Source: Octopus sinensis (lineage: Eukaryota). From it: a stretch of 42,436 nucleotides of DNA. The notes under the pieces are model-generated. The model ran no database searches and was not told the origin of the DNA. It was given only the letters and a program-made list of their open reading frames with translations. Made by a program: the position numbers and the translations under genes. The stretch is taken from contig NW_021835191.1 of the NCBI RefSeq assembly GCF_006345805.1, forward strand, positions 1 to 42,436, given 5' to 3'. Positions 9,391-22,140 of this stretch are shown here, piece after piece (positions within the stretch are counted from its first letter, which is position 1; every line of letters begins with the position of its first letter).

Positions 9391-10775
9391 TAAAAGAGAA
9401 AAAAAAAAAGAATATTATAGACGTTTTTAGATCAATACTAAAAAACAGAGCTCAATGCTAAAAACAAGATAATAGGTATCAACACTTTAGCTGTCCCAGT
9501 TATAAGTTACAGCTACATATCCTAACTGGACACGAAATGAACTGTCCAAAATAGATAGGAAAACAAGAAAAATACTGACAGATCTAGGATGCATCACCCA
9601 AAATCTGATATAGAAAGACTATATATACAACGTATAGAAGGTGGTAGAGGCCTTATACAGCTGAAAACTACTATAAAATAACCACCATAGGACTGCAAAA
9701 ATATCTACTTCAGAAGGAAGGAAAACTGATCCAGTAGCAGCAAAACACGAGCAAACAAAAAAACTGTTCTCAGTATTTAAGGAAGCTGACAAATACAAAC
9801 AAGAAATCATACCACCTAATAAACATGAAGACGAAGAAGAAGAAGATGATGAAGAAACAACAAAAGCTATAAAACAAATGAAATCCAAACTAAAAATAGA
9901 ACAGCAACGACATGATAGAACGATGGCAAGAAAAGCCCCTTCATGGTAAATACTGCACTAAACTAAACGCAAAAGAAATAGACAAAGAAAAATCCAGCAA
10001 TGGTTGAGAAGCTCAGGAACTCAAAGCAGAAACAAAGGGGATTTTTAATTGCAGCACAAGACCAAAGCCTGCCACCAGAAATTACCAAAAATGTAAATGA
10101 AAAGAAATATTACAAGTAACTGCAGAATATGTGGAGATGGACAAGAAACAATAAATCATATTATCTCTAGCTGCCCAGTCCTGGCTAAGAAGGAATATAT
10201 TACAGGACATGACAGATTTGGAACCTACATACATTGGAAGCTATGCCAACATTATGGAATAACAACAGAAAAAAAATGGTATGGCACCACCAGAAAAGGT
10301 CACAGAAAACGAGAAAGCAACCATACTCTGGATATGCCGATACACACAGATAGAGAAATTAAGGCCAACAGACCAGTATAGTTGTCAGAGATCATGAAGA
10401 AAAAAAATGCTTTCTAATTGATATATCAATACCGGCAGATGACAACGTGTCTCTAAGAAATGGAGAAACTCTCAAAATACAAAGACCTGGAAATAGAGGT
10501 AACTAGAATGTGGAATCTGAAAACAGAAACAATTCCTATCATAGTAGGTGCATTAGGCATGATAAAAAAATATTCAGACAAATACATAACAAAAACACCA
10601 AGGACTTACAAAAACATATAACATACAGAAAATTGCATACTAGGCACTGCACACATCTACACAGAACACTTTCCATACAATAACATCAGAGCATCACAAC
10701 AAATCACAGCACATACCCAAGGCACACAGAGCTGCGCTCGGTAGTGAAGTGAAAGCACGCTATAAAAATAAACTA

Positions 10776-10778
<3 letters not shown>
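9391..10778 (+). mobile_element. 5'-truncated R4/Dong-like non-LTR retrotransposon (RT thumb, CCHC finger, restriction-like endonuclease), frameshifted
   Basis: Translated segments ELNAKNKIIGINTLAVPVISYS, GGRGLIQL, CRICGDGQETINHIISSCPVLAKKEY, YIHWKLC, DMPIHTDREIKANRP, and FLIDISIP/IIVGALG-type motifs; (TAA)n on both sides. Confidence 0.9.
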
Positions 10779-10822
<44 letters not shown>

Positions 10823-10823
10823 G

Positions 10824-10863
<40 letters not shown>

Positions 10864-11413
10864 GAAGAGAAGAAGAAGAAGAAGAAGAAGAGAAGAAGAA
10901 TGAAAAGAGAAAAAAAAAGAAAAGAAACGGTCTTCTCTTTGCATAATGAGGCGATAAACAACAAAACGGAAAGAAATCATACTGAAACACTGAACTCAGA
11001 TGACAACACTACAGACACGAACAAAACGACAAAACATACAGTATGAAACCATAAGTACAAGACATAATAAAGAAGAAGCGGAGAGAAAGATCATTCCATG
11101 CCCCCCCCCCAATACCTTTTCAAGGCTTGACAGAAAAGAAATGAAGCTGAATATAATCTAACGTTGACTCAAAAGCTGTGAGGCAAAAGCAGAGATGGAA
11201 GGACTGATTCTCGCTGCACAAGACCAATGCCTTACCACAAACATATATCAAAGCTAAGTAGTGAAAGCAGGCCCTAACAACAAATGCGGAATGTGCAGCC
11301 AGATAATGAAACAGTTAACCACATCATATCTGAGTGTCCAGTCCCAGCCAAATCTGAATAGATACATATATATATACATATATATATATACATATATACA
11401 TATATATATATAT

Positions 11414-11676
11414 AATATTAATTAGAGACAAAACCACTATTATGCAAATCAAACAAAGAAAGACTTAATCCAATACATAAAAAAATTTATATAAATTAAA
11501 TAAAATTAAATTCGCCACTACAATTGTTTCGTGTCACTTCTAAGGACATTCATCAGGTGGTGTTCAGATCTTCTATTCAATTTTAAGTTATGATATTTTA
11601 CTATAAAATTGGATTCAATCCTAAATCTGATATTTTTCCCTGTAAATTTGGATTTATTCCCTAATATTTATTATTA
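11414..11676 (-). mobile_element. (TA)n-flanked hammerhead cassette, family E, nested in a LINE
   Basis: ~260-bp unique AT-rich segment between two (TA)n-like tracts, containing a canonical HHR. Confidence 0.65.
11515..11560 (-). ncRNA. Minimal type I hammerhead ribozyme
   Basis: Minus strand CCAC-CTGATGA-aTGTC-cttagaagt-GACAc-GAAAC-AATT-GTA-GTGG: stem I CCAC/GTGG, stem II TGTC/GACA, palindromic CAATTG stem III, GUA cleavage between 11519 and 11518. Confidence 0.85.
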
Positions 11677-11699
11677 TATATATATATATATATCTATAT

Positions 11700-11738
<39 letters not shown>

Positions 11739-12699
11739 AATATATATATATATATATGTATACATATATATGTATATATATGTATATATATATATATAAT
11801 ATTATATATAATATATATATAAAATATATATATATATATATATATTATATATAATATAAAGAAATGACCTTGTAAATAGTATATCCACTAGACAATATGC
11901 TGACACTACAACAACAAAACTGACAAGGTATGGTGGGATGAACGTGTGCCAAACAAGGTACATGACAACGACCAGGTCACAATCATCTGGGAATATGCGA
12001 GTTCAAATTGACAAAGGAATAAAGAAAAAACGTAATAAGCAAGGTTGGAAAAAAAACGCCTTCTTTCTGATAGACATTGCAAACGCTTCTGGCCAAAATA
12101 TTGTCATCAAAAGAAGTGGAGAGATTGTCAAAACACAAACAGGGTCAAATTGAAATAGTCTAAATTCGGGCCATAAAAGTGAAACAATACTAGCTATAAC
12201 TGGAGCATTAGTTATCGCAAATAAAAGACAACGTATAAACAAAACGTGGAAGCTATACCTGGAGCCTGAACACTATCCAAGAAATAGTCCTGCGAGGAAC
12301 AGCCCACATCCTGCCAAAGAGACTGTCAATTCAATAGTACACACCACGAACACAAGACACACTGTGTACATAAATATTCAATAAAATAAACAACCCCTCA
12401 ATCTGTACTCTACATGTCGGATACCAAAGAGAAAACAACTAGCATTACACACAGCATACAATGAAACTAAAGACTCAAGTCAAAGCCCATAATAAAACAA
12501 GCTGATGCAATGCATTACTGGGAGGAGTTTGTACTCCACGACAACAAAACACAAGAACACTCAATGGTGCACTCACCTCAGCAGCACAGATGTATAGAAA
12601 GTGATGCAGTAGAAACTTGCCTGCAATTATCAGATGACGAATAATAATAATAATAATAATGATGGTCTCTCCTGTCGAACAATCTGCACAAATGATTTG

Positions 12700-12912
12700 G
12701 TTTTAGTGATCAAATGTATGTTTTGTACGTTAGCGCCCGCCCTCCATCACATCGACGTTGTCTGAACAGTTGCACGGTTTACTGCACGTCGGGTGCCGAA
12801 ATGATTGCAGGGCAGCGTGAGGTGAAGTGTTTTGCTCAAGAACACAATGTGCCACCCGGTCTAAGAATTGAAATCGCGATCTCAGGATCAAGAGGACAAC
12901 TCCCTAACCATT
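12700..12912 (-). mobile_element. Degenerate tRNA-derived SINE, family S4
   Basis: gtgaggtgaagtgttttgctcaagaacacaa...ccctaaccat resembles 25290-25390. Confidence 0.6.
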
Positions 12913-12937
12913 AATAATTGTAAATATACTGTTAAAA

Positions 12938-13426
12938 TACCAGGCGGTGGTCCCCATAGCTTCTGATCTTAGCTGATTGCAAGTGTTATCGTCTCCATGT
13001 TTTGTCTTGGTTTAAATGATGGGCTACAGCAAATATCTTGCTCTTATTGCTGATTTGCTTGTCAGTGGCTTCATAGTAACCAGCTAAGCATGTCCCTTAG
13101 TGGCTGACGATATGTCCACCATCTCTGATCACGGGGAGGAGTAATGGGAGAGCATCATAGCCATACGTTGAAAGGGATTCTTTGTGGTTTGAATAATTCT
13201 GCGCTGGAAACATTGATATTTTGTACATCATCTTTAAACAAACCTTCTTCAGAGAACTTATGAGCGGGATGGGCTACTCGACCTGAAGAAAATTCTAACT
13301 GGGCCCTATTTTTGAGGTCATGCGATGTTCATCTTCATATGATATCACCATGTCGCAGTCATATGGTTATCGATTTGTATATTTATACCTGAGTATCACT
13401 TTGATGACTTGCTCTGCTCTTTCAAC
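12938..13426. mobile_element. Second copy of the ~500-bp TAA-associated element
   Basis: Collinear with 8778-9262 (taccaggc.gtgg...cccttagtggctgacgatatgt...cagtatcactttga) and ends in a TAA-like tail. Confidence 0.65.
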
Positions 13427-13639
13427 AATAATGATAATAATAATGTTTTCTATTATAAGCAAACTTCTGATGTTTGGTGGGGAGAGTGACCCCAGTACTT
13501 GACTGGAAACTATATTGTCCACTCTGAAAGTTGACAACCTCAGAATTTTAAATCTAAATGTAAAACAGGGCGAAATGACGCTAAGCATTTTCCCTAACAT
13601 GCTATCGACTCTGTCAGTTCACCGCCTTAATAATAATGT

Positions 13640-13955
13640 GTAAGAAGAGGGTCGAAAGTGTGACTCACATTGTTAGTGCTTTTGAAGAAAGTCTTGCGCA
13701 GGAAGAGTATAAACGTAGACATGACGAAGTAGCCCAAAACCTCCACTGACTACTCTGTCGTAAGTGTTAGAGCACCGCAGGACTTTAGGAGGGTCAGACA
13801 AGAGTGCCTAATAATCGACGTAGCTGTGCCAGAAGATCGACTTATTTCCATGAAAGAAAAGGTTGATATATATATGGAGACCTGAGAATTGAGATTGCTA
13901 AGATGTGGCAGCTACGAGAGTCGAACATAAAGATTATCCCCATTTTCATCGGAAC
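13640..13955 (+). mobile_element. R4/Dong-like fragment (zinc finger and endonuclease region, internally deleted)
   Basis: ESVTHIVS..LAQEEYKRRHDEVAQNLH, IIDVAVPEDR and EIAKMWQL remnants. Confidence 0.7.
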
Positions 13956-13962
13956 AAATACC

Positions 13963-14370
13963 TATTTCTTTACTATTCACAAGGGGCTAAACATAGAGGG
14001 GACAAACAAGGACTGACATACGGATTAAGTCGATTATATCGACCCCAGTGCGTATATATTTAATCGACCCCGAAAGGATGAAAGGCAATGTCGACCTCGG
14101 CGGAATTTGAACTCAGAACGCAGCGGCGGACGAAATAGCTATTTCTTTATTACCCACAAGGGGCTAAACATAGTGGGGACAAACAAGGACAGACAAACGG
14201 ATTAATTCGATTACATCGACCCCAGTGCGTAACTGGTACTTAATTTGTCGACCCCGAAAGGATGAAAGGCAACGTCGACCTCGGCGGAATTTGAAGTCAG
14301 AACGTAACGGCAGATGAAATACGGCTACGCATTTCGCCCGGCGTGCTAACGACTCTGCCAGCTCGCCGCC
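13963..14370 (-). mobile_element. Two tandem SINE S2 copies (13963-14139 partial, 14140-14370 full)
   Basis: tRNA-like head ggcggcgagctggcag...gagttcaaattccgcc, central gcctttcatcctttcggggtcgataaa (Meta-domain-like; superfamily assignment tentative), 3' end taaagaaata. Confidence 0.9.
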
Positions 14371-14721
14371 TTAATAATAATTATTATAATAACAATAACC
14401 ATTGTCTTCAAGAACAAGCAAAGAAAGATTTATGCGCTCTGTACAGCTGTTATGCAAAGCTGCAGAAACTCCTTCACTTTGCACTTATTTGAATATCTGG
14501 ATATCGTTCGTATTCGAAATGATCAACTCTGGAATGACTTTAATCATAAATCTTATAGTTTTGCACTGGCTGAGAGATAAGCATCAAAACAGCCACAACA
14601 CTTCTAATTCAAACACTACTGGCGCTCCTTGGGAAGGAAGGGTGGCGTGATGAGGGAAGATGAAGCGTAAGCGACAGGAGTATTTTAATGGATGTTCTAT
14701 AAGCTGAAAACAGCTAATCAA

Positions 14722-15101
14722 CAAAGGTGAGGCACAGTGTCTCGAAACCGTTCGATAACTGTTAAATCAGTTAATTCTTTTAAAATGTAACAGAAGTTAT
14801 GAATAAACCGCTAACGTTCATTTGTATTATAGAAAATAATAAACAAGAAACTAATTTTTTCTCTTAAACAACCTAAAAATACGTTTTAAAATGTGTGCCA
14901 AAACTATAAAATCTGTTAACTTCAATTTAGTTCAATTCAAGTCAACGGAAGTTAATTTAAGTTGACTTGAGTTAACGGAATATAATGTAACGGAAGTTAA
15001 TTAGTCCGATAATAATTTCGGAAGTTAAGTTAAATCGTTAATAAAAATGTTAACTTCGTTTATTAACGATTAATGGGTTAACGGTTCGGTGCCCAGGTTT
15101 G
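14722..15101. mobile_element. hAT-superfamily MITE (380 bp)
   Basis: 8-bp TSD CTAATCAA at 14714-14721 and 15102-15109; imperfect TIRs caaaggtgaggcac / caaacctgggcac; repeated subterminal AACGGAAGTTAA motifs. Confidence 0.75.
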
Positions 15102-15263
15102 CTAATCAATTAAAATTTCCCTCTTAGCTCGGGAAGAAATTCAACTCTAGTGACGATTCTCATAGATTTCGAAAGATGAGGGGAGATAATTTCAAATAAC
15201 TATGAACAAAATAGACACTTGAAATAGTATTCCTGGTTCTGGAAAGAACATAATGTTTATATA

Positions 15264-15494
15264 TATTTCTTTACTGCCTACAAGGGGCTAAACATAGAGG
15301 GCACAAACAAGGACAGACAAAGGGAGTAAGTCGATTACATCGACCCCAGTGCGAAACTGGTACTTTATTTATCGACCCCGAACGGATGAAAGGTAAAGTC
15401 GACCTCGGCGGAATTTGAACTCAGAACATAACGACAGACGAAATACCGCTAAGCATTTCGCCCGGCGCGCTAACGTTTCTGCCAGGTCGCCGCC
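15264..15494 (-). mobile_element. Full-length SINE S2 with 15-bp TSD
   Basis: TAATGTTTATATATA at 15251-15265 and 15496-15510. Confidence 0.92.
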
Positions 15495-15642
15495 TTAATG
15501 TTTATATATAAAGGACTTATCAGCAGAATATAATCTCGTGAAGCCCGTTTTATCAGCTGACAAATATTTACCAGTGATATTTAGAAGTGTTACAAGTAAT
15601 ATTTTGCTAATGAATTTTCCTTATTTTAACATTGAAATGAGC

Positions 15643-16063
15643 TTACTCTCTTTTACTTGTTTCAGTCATTTGATTGCGGCCATGCTGGAGCACCGCCTTT
15701 AGTCGAGCAAATCGACCCCAGGACTTATTCTTTGAAAGCCTAGTACTTATTCTATCGGTCCCTTTTGCCAAACCGCTAAGTTACGGGGTCGTAAACTCAC
15801 CAGCATCGGTTGTCAAGCGATGTTGGGGGGACAAACACAAATGCATAAACATATACACAAACACACACACAAACACATATATATATATATATATACATAT
15901 ATATGACAGGCTTCTTTCAATTTCCGTCTACCAAATCCACCCACAAGGCTTTGGTCGGCCCGAGGCTATAGTAGAAGACATTTATCCAAGGTGCCACGGA
16001 GTGGGACTGAACCCGGAACCATGTGGTTGGTAAGCAAGCTACTTACCACAGAGCCACTCCTGC
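15643..16063 (-). mobile_element. Full-length SINE S1
   Basis: tRNA-like head gcaggagtggctctgtggtaag...gggttcagtccc, CORE/V-like ggcaccttggataaatgtcttct, internal (TA)/(TG)n, tail ggtgctccagcatggccgcaatcaaatgactgaaac. Confidence 0.92.
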
Positions 16064-16599
16064 TTTGGGAAAAAAAAACAAAAACTCAAATGTGGTAGCG
16101 CCATATTTAGATAAATATTTCAAGGCGTGCTGTACTGAATGCCGAACGTAAAAATCGTAATGAACATTATACCCTTAATTTAAGAGAGAGATAGAAAAAG
16201 AAAGAAAGACAGAAAGAAAGAAGGGAGGAAAGAAATAAAGAAAGAAAGGAAGGATATTTAGCTCAAAGAATAGGTGAGATGAACATCTTTACATTAAGAA
16301 TTATTCTCTAAAAGTTAAATTAACTGGTTCCGGGAAAAGTGTATCTACGCTTGCAGTTATAAGACAACGTTCTGTGTGTTTCCGTCTAGAAAACCTCATC
16401 AGGATGGTGCTATAACGTTTGCCGTTGTAGAGTTCAGCTTACAACCACTGACGTATGAGTAAGGCTTGGTAATATGTATCAAGCTTTCGCTAAGCTCCGT
16501 CTGGCCCGCTCAAGCATGATTCAGCGGCACATCTATGATATGAGAGGTGGAGAGAAAGAGAGCTACACCGATATCCGGCCGAGGGTGGTACTTTCTTAT

Positions 16600-16737
16600 G
16601 GTTGAGTAGACTGGGACAACAGTACGTTGCTGAGTACCCCCCAAAAAACCCAACCTGCCACCTGGTCCAGAGATTGAAACCGTGATTCCATGTTCTTGAG
16701 CGGATAATGCTAAGCCACTAGGCCACGCTGCTTCATA
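16600..16737 (-). mobile_element. Highly degenerate tRNA-SINE head
   Basis: Minus strand gaagcagcgtggcctagtggcttagc...ggtttcaatctctgg resembles A and B boxes. Confidence 0.4.
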
Positions 16738-16879
16738 TTGTTGTTAGTAGCAACGGTAATATAGTAATAATTTAATTTAACTGTAACTGTAATAATTAAA
16801 ATAGTAAAATTGTCGTAGCGGACATAGTATCCTGGTGGATGTTGTTTGTGTTGTAGTAATTATTGTTGCTTGACTCTAC

Positions 16880-17070
16880 GTTCCCACTTACCAACGACCA
16901 GTCAGGATCTATGATGTTTCTGATCAAATGCATTCCAGCCATGACCGTCTCTTTAGTTCTCCACGTGCCGTGATGCGAGCGCGACGTGATACTATCTGTC
17001 CCTCACTAAGCCAACGGGATGTTGTTTGGGAGACGTGACTGCTGTTTCAAGCAGATCGAACAGCCACGTG
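16880..17070 (+). repeat. Ancient dispersed repeat (related traces near 7020-7130, 7200-7330, 35150-35330, 38430-38550)
   Basis: Shared cattccagccatgacc and gctgct.tttc.agcag.tcga motifs. Confidence 0.4.
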
Positions 17071-17164
17071 ATAACAGAAGCCTTGATGATGATGATGATA
17101 ATGATGATTACGATTGTTATCGGTAATGGCAGCTAAGTAGGCGTAGTATATGGCTGGTGATAAT

Positions 17165-18045
17165 GGCTTTGGTAGTAGTAGTAGTAGTAGTAGTAGTATA
17201 GTAGTAGTAGCAGCCGCAGCAGCAGGAGCAATAGCAGTAGTGGTAGTAGTAGTAGTAGAAGTAGTGGTAGAAGTAGCTGTTGTTGTTGTTGCAGCAGCAG
17301 CAGTAATAGTGGTAGTAGTAGTAGTAGTAGTAGTAGCAGCAGCAGCACACGTTTTTAGGCTCTTGATGTTAGTGGTTCGGAAGATGGTGGTGTGGATTGC
17401 TTTCAGCCGGGGACGTTGACAGCATTAAATTCATCTTGGCCCTTAGTCACGTGTCCTCTCTATCTAATCGATTGGACCCCACGACCAAAGACGTTACAGT
17501 CGCGACCATCCCGTATTATTCATTTCCACACATTCATTGCATCTAACACAACATTATCAAATATAACATTTCCACGAGGTCGACTTTGCCTGCCTTTCAT
17601 TCTTTCGATGTCGATAAATTAAGTACCAGTTATGCGCTGGAGTCGATATAATAGACTGACGCCCCCCCCCCACCGCCTCAAAAAAATAATTGGGGGCCTT
17701 GTGCCTAGAGTAGAAAAGAAAATATACCATCTCTGATGCATTGTTTTCTTCCTGTTTCAGAAAACGATGGCTTCGCTGCTATTTCTATCTGATGGCTCCA
17801 CTCCATAGATTCTTCCTGATCGATTTGTAGTATTGGCAGTTGTGATTGTGGTAGTTTGAAGCAGCAGCAGTAGTAGCAGTAGTAGTAGTAGTAGTAGTAG
17901 TAGTACTGATTTCCAGCATCTGGCAGCTTGGTGTTTACCACGTGACAATGCAAAGGGAAGCAACATGCTGTCACAAATCAGCTGCAACTGAAACTGCATC
18001 TGCAACACAAGCAACAGCAACGACAGCAGCAGCAGTAACAGCAGC

Positions 18046-18080
<35 letters not shown>

Positions 18081-18138
18081 CAGTAGTAATAGCAGCAGCA
18101 GTAGTAGTAGTAGTAGTAGTAGCAACAGTAACAGCAGC

Positions 18139-18176
<38 letters not shown>

Positions 18177-18234
18177 CAGCATCAGCAGCAGTAGTAGTAG
18201 TAGTAGCGGTAGTAGTAGTAGTAGTAGTAGTAGC

Positions 18235-18265
<31 letters not shown>

Positions 18266-18323
18266 GTCGAATAGTAGTAGTAGTAGTAGTAGTAGTAGTG
18301 GGAGCAGCAGTAGTAGTAGTTGC

Positions 18324-18383
<60 letters not shown>

Positions 18384-18783
18384 TCTGGTCACTAGCTGTG
18401 GTGGTTGTGGTAGTGGTGGTGGTGGTGGCGGTAGCAGTTGTAGTGTTGGTGCTGGTGGTGGTGGTGCTGGTGTGGGTAGTGGTAGTGGTGGTGGTGGTGG
18501 TCGTCTTCGTAGTAGTAGTAATGGTGACGGTTGATGATTTCGCTATTGCTGCTGCTGCTGCACCTGATGGAATACGTTCCAGCTGTGGCCTTGTCGTCTG
18601 CTTCCCAGACGTAATTCCACACAGCGTGACCTTCTATCCGGGACTACGTGGCGGTGATTTATCAGCTGTTTCTAGCATTTCGTGTCACCACTTACCACAG
18701 CACCCACCTTGAACTAAGAGCACCAACAGCTGTAGAAACAGCAACAGCAGCAGCAGCCAGCAGCAGCAGCCAGCAGCAGCATC

Positions 18784-18835
<52 letters not shown>

Positions 18836-18838
18836 ATT

Positions 18839-18880
<42 letters not shown>

Positions 18881-18954
18881 ATAGTAGTAGTAGTAGTAGT
18901 AGTAGTGGTTGTAGTAGTAATAGTAGTAGTAGTAGTGGTTGTAGTAGTAGTAGT

Positions 18955-19019
<65 letters not shown>

Positions 19020-19025
19020 CATCAA
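17165..19025 (+). repeat. Large compound TAG/CAG/TGG trinucleotide domain with short unique spacers
   Basis: Direct inspection; arrays at ~17165-17345, 17855-17905, 18010-18510 and 18740-19025. Confidence 0.9.
17576..17706 (+). mobile_element. SINE S2 partial copy
   Basis: gaggtcgactttgcc...cctttcattctttcgatgtcgataaattaagtaccag. Confidence 0.7.
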
Positions 19026-19500
19026 CATTGCAGCGGATGCATTTGTATTACATATAGAGAGATTGGGGAGATAAATGCGCAAATACAGATGGAGCGAATT
19101 CATAAGAGTAAACCACGCACAGACACACAAACACATACACATATACACAGATACACACACACTCACATGCACGTACGCACAAGCAACGGTGCCTTGCAAG
19201 TGTTCATTCATATGCGTGTGTACACGCACCTATATGAATGTGTGTGTGTGTGTGTGTTATTTAAGTACAGCTGTGTAAATCGTAAGTCGAATTACCTCCC
19301 TTTACACCAAAAAACCGAGGTAAAACTTATCCATTTTAGAAATTACAGATCGATAAATTAAGACTTAGATCAAAATAAATTGTAAGGATCGATATCATTA
19401 AAGAAAACCTTAAATAGAAGCAATCATTCTAATACATATACATATAATACACATATTAGAAATATACACGTTATATATATATGTGTGTGTGTGTGTATGC

Positions 19501-19609
<109 letters not shown>

Positions 19610-19906
19610 GCATATATAATATTATATTATACATACATATATATTTATATAATATAATATAAAATAATGTAATAAAATTATATAATTTGTATATATATAT
19701 ATATCAGTTTAGTGGTCTCTTTTGCAGGACCGTCAAATTAAAATAGCGCAAACAAACTCGCACCGGTTTTCGAGCGATGCGAGGGACACGAACACAAAAA
19801 CAAAGATACCGTACATATACATACATACATGCATGCATACATACATACATACATGCATATATGTACGTGTGTATGTATATACATAGATATCCATCTGTCT
19901 ATCCGT

Positions 19907-19944
<38 letters not shown>

Positions 19945-20099
19945 TGTGTCTGTGTATCTGTGTGTGTTTAACTCAGCGGTAATAATGCATCTTCCTAAGT
20001 GCTTATTACGAAGCTGGCAATAAAATTCATGCGGCTGGATGAATGAATCCTGAGAATTTCCGAACAATAGAACAGGATATCATGACTGACCCCGAGAAG

Positions 20100-20650
20100 A
20101 CATTTGAGCTCAGCCGCTTAGGCTACCGCTCCTAATGATGGTCAACGTAAAATTAACACTGGAACTCGAAGCAACCCAGAAACGCTATACAAAAGAGATC
20201 ATCTTAATGCGATAGGTCAGCTACTGTGACAGCCTGAGATGGTTCAGTTCTGTTCCCAAGAACGAAATGCCGATATAAATCTTTAAAATCTTAGGATTTG
20301 TACTAAACTTTAGCATTGTAAGTTACACAAGCAACAGAACGTGGCGTCACTGAATAAGGCCAAAGATCCTAACATCGACATCAAGACATGACCAGATAGT
20401 GCAACAGCTTGGCTTTCAATGACGAATAGCTTTTCAGTATCCTCTTAAAACACCTACATAGGGTCGATGTTAGTGTCTCCTAAGCAAAACTGGATTGCCT
20501 GCTCTTAAGAGTTCTAGATGAACTTACCTCGAGCCAGGAAACTCAAATGTGGGCACCAACTTCCAAGTCCTTCATAAACCAACCGCAACATAACAGGTAG
20601 GGTTTCAAATAGTGTAAATGAAGCAAAACTAACAGCAGCGCTCTCGAGCA
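20100..20650 (+). mobile_element. Decayed CR1/L2-type LINE fragment related to 7362-8070
   Basis: Remnants LEATQKRYTKEI, NFSIVSYTSNRTWRH, CNSLAF and DELTSSQETQM align by eye with ORF 7439-8077. Confidence 0.7.
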
Positions 20651-21198
20651 TGCAGTGACACTCATTGTGTATATCAACAACATATTCGACGCAACCCGAT
20701 TAGGCTATGAACTTACAATGTAGACAGCGAACTAATATACAGAGATTTAGACATCACAGTTGTGAGCAATCCGGTTCGTTTTTCTAATATTTCGGACTGG
20801 TACTAGAAGTCGTATATTTCTTAGTGCAAGTTACTTGAAATATACCATATTAAAATACGCCGCAAGTAGCTACCTTCTCGCTCCTGAGTATGAGCGCGCG
20901 CGCATGTGTATGTCTGTGAATAAGTGTCTAATAATGAACAGAGACAACGTAATTGATATTTAACCTTTATAAAATATACACGCAATGCAATGCATCCGCC
21001 GCCATTGTTACGCAAGACATCTAAGCAAGATGCTTGATGGCGTAATACAACCGATGCTTATTCTCTTCGTTCGCAACGAAGAATACAGAATTTAGAGGAT
21101 TGCTTACCCTAATACATTCTACCTATGTAAATTATATTGAGCCCTAATATTTGGTTACGTGTAATGCCTTCCAGCACATTACTATACTAGACGCATAA

Positions 21199-21810
21199 AC
21201 TCTTCTACTCTTCTACTTGCTTCAGTCATTTGACTGCGGCCATGCTGGAGCACCCCGTTTAGTCGAGCAAATCAACCCTGGGACTTATTCTTTGGAAGCC
21301 CAGTACTTATGCTATCGGTCTCTTTTGCCGAACCGCTAAGTGACGGGGACGTAAACACACCAGCATCGGTTGTCAAGCAATGCTAGGGGAACAAACACAG
21401 ACACACAAACACACACACACACACATTTGACTGCGGCCATGCTGGAGCACCCCGTTTAGTCGAGCAAATCGACCCCATGACTTATTCTTTGTAAGCCTAT
21501 TACTTATTCTATCGGTCTCTTTTGCCGAACCGCTAAGTTACGAGGACGTAAATACACAGCATCGGTTGTCAAGCGATGCTTGAGGACAAACACAAACACA
21601 CAAATACACACATACACATTTATACACATATACATATATACGACGGGGCTCCTTTCAGTTTCCGTCTACAGGCTTCTTTCAGTCTACCAAATCCACTCAC
21701 AAGATTTGGTCGGCTCGAAGCTATAGTAGAAGACACTTACCCAAGGTGCCACGCAATTGGACTGAACCTGGAACCATGTGGTTGGTAAGCAAGCTACTTG
21801 CCACACAGTC
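21199..21810 (-). mobile_element. SINE S1 with a tandemly duplicated 3' half
   Basis: atttgactgcggccatgctggagcaccccgtttagtcgagcaaatc occurs at ~21228 and ~21425; a single head at 21810. Confidence 0.9.
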
Positions 21811-21943
21811 ATAGATAGATACAGATATATTCAAAAGTAATTTCAAAGGGATGTGTAATCCCTAAAAATGTCACTAGTAGGGACTTACCCTCCTCGCAAA
21901 AATGCTGATGTCATGCCTAAATAATAATAATAATAATACTAAT

Positions 21944-22140
21944 CCTTTCTACTGTAGGTGCAAGCCTGAAAGTTGTAGTGAGTAGAAGGTTAATTACATC
22001 AAAACCAGCGCCCAACTGATTCTTATTTTGAAGGTGAAAAGCTAAGTAGACCTCGACGGAATTTGAACTCAGAATGCAAAACTGGAATAAATGCTGTTAA
22101 ACATTTCGTCCGGCAAACGATTCTACCGGCTCAGTATCTT
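21944..22140 (-). mobile_element. SINE S2 variant (tagaaagga-type tail), decayed
   Basis: cctttctactgtagg...gacctcgacggaatttgaactcagaa...catttcgtccggc. Confidence 0.7.

Larger units (their letters stand above)
11060..12340 (+). mobile_element. Older R4/Dong-like copy, interrupted at 11361-11856
   Basis: EGLILAAQDQCL...CGMC...ETVNHIISECPV.AKSE up to 11360; resumes with R.DLV..YIH.TIC at ~11858; later FLIDIA and IQEIVLRGTAHIL remnants. Confidence 0.8.
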
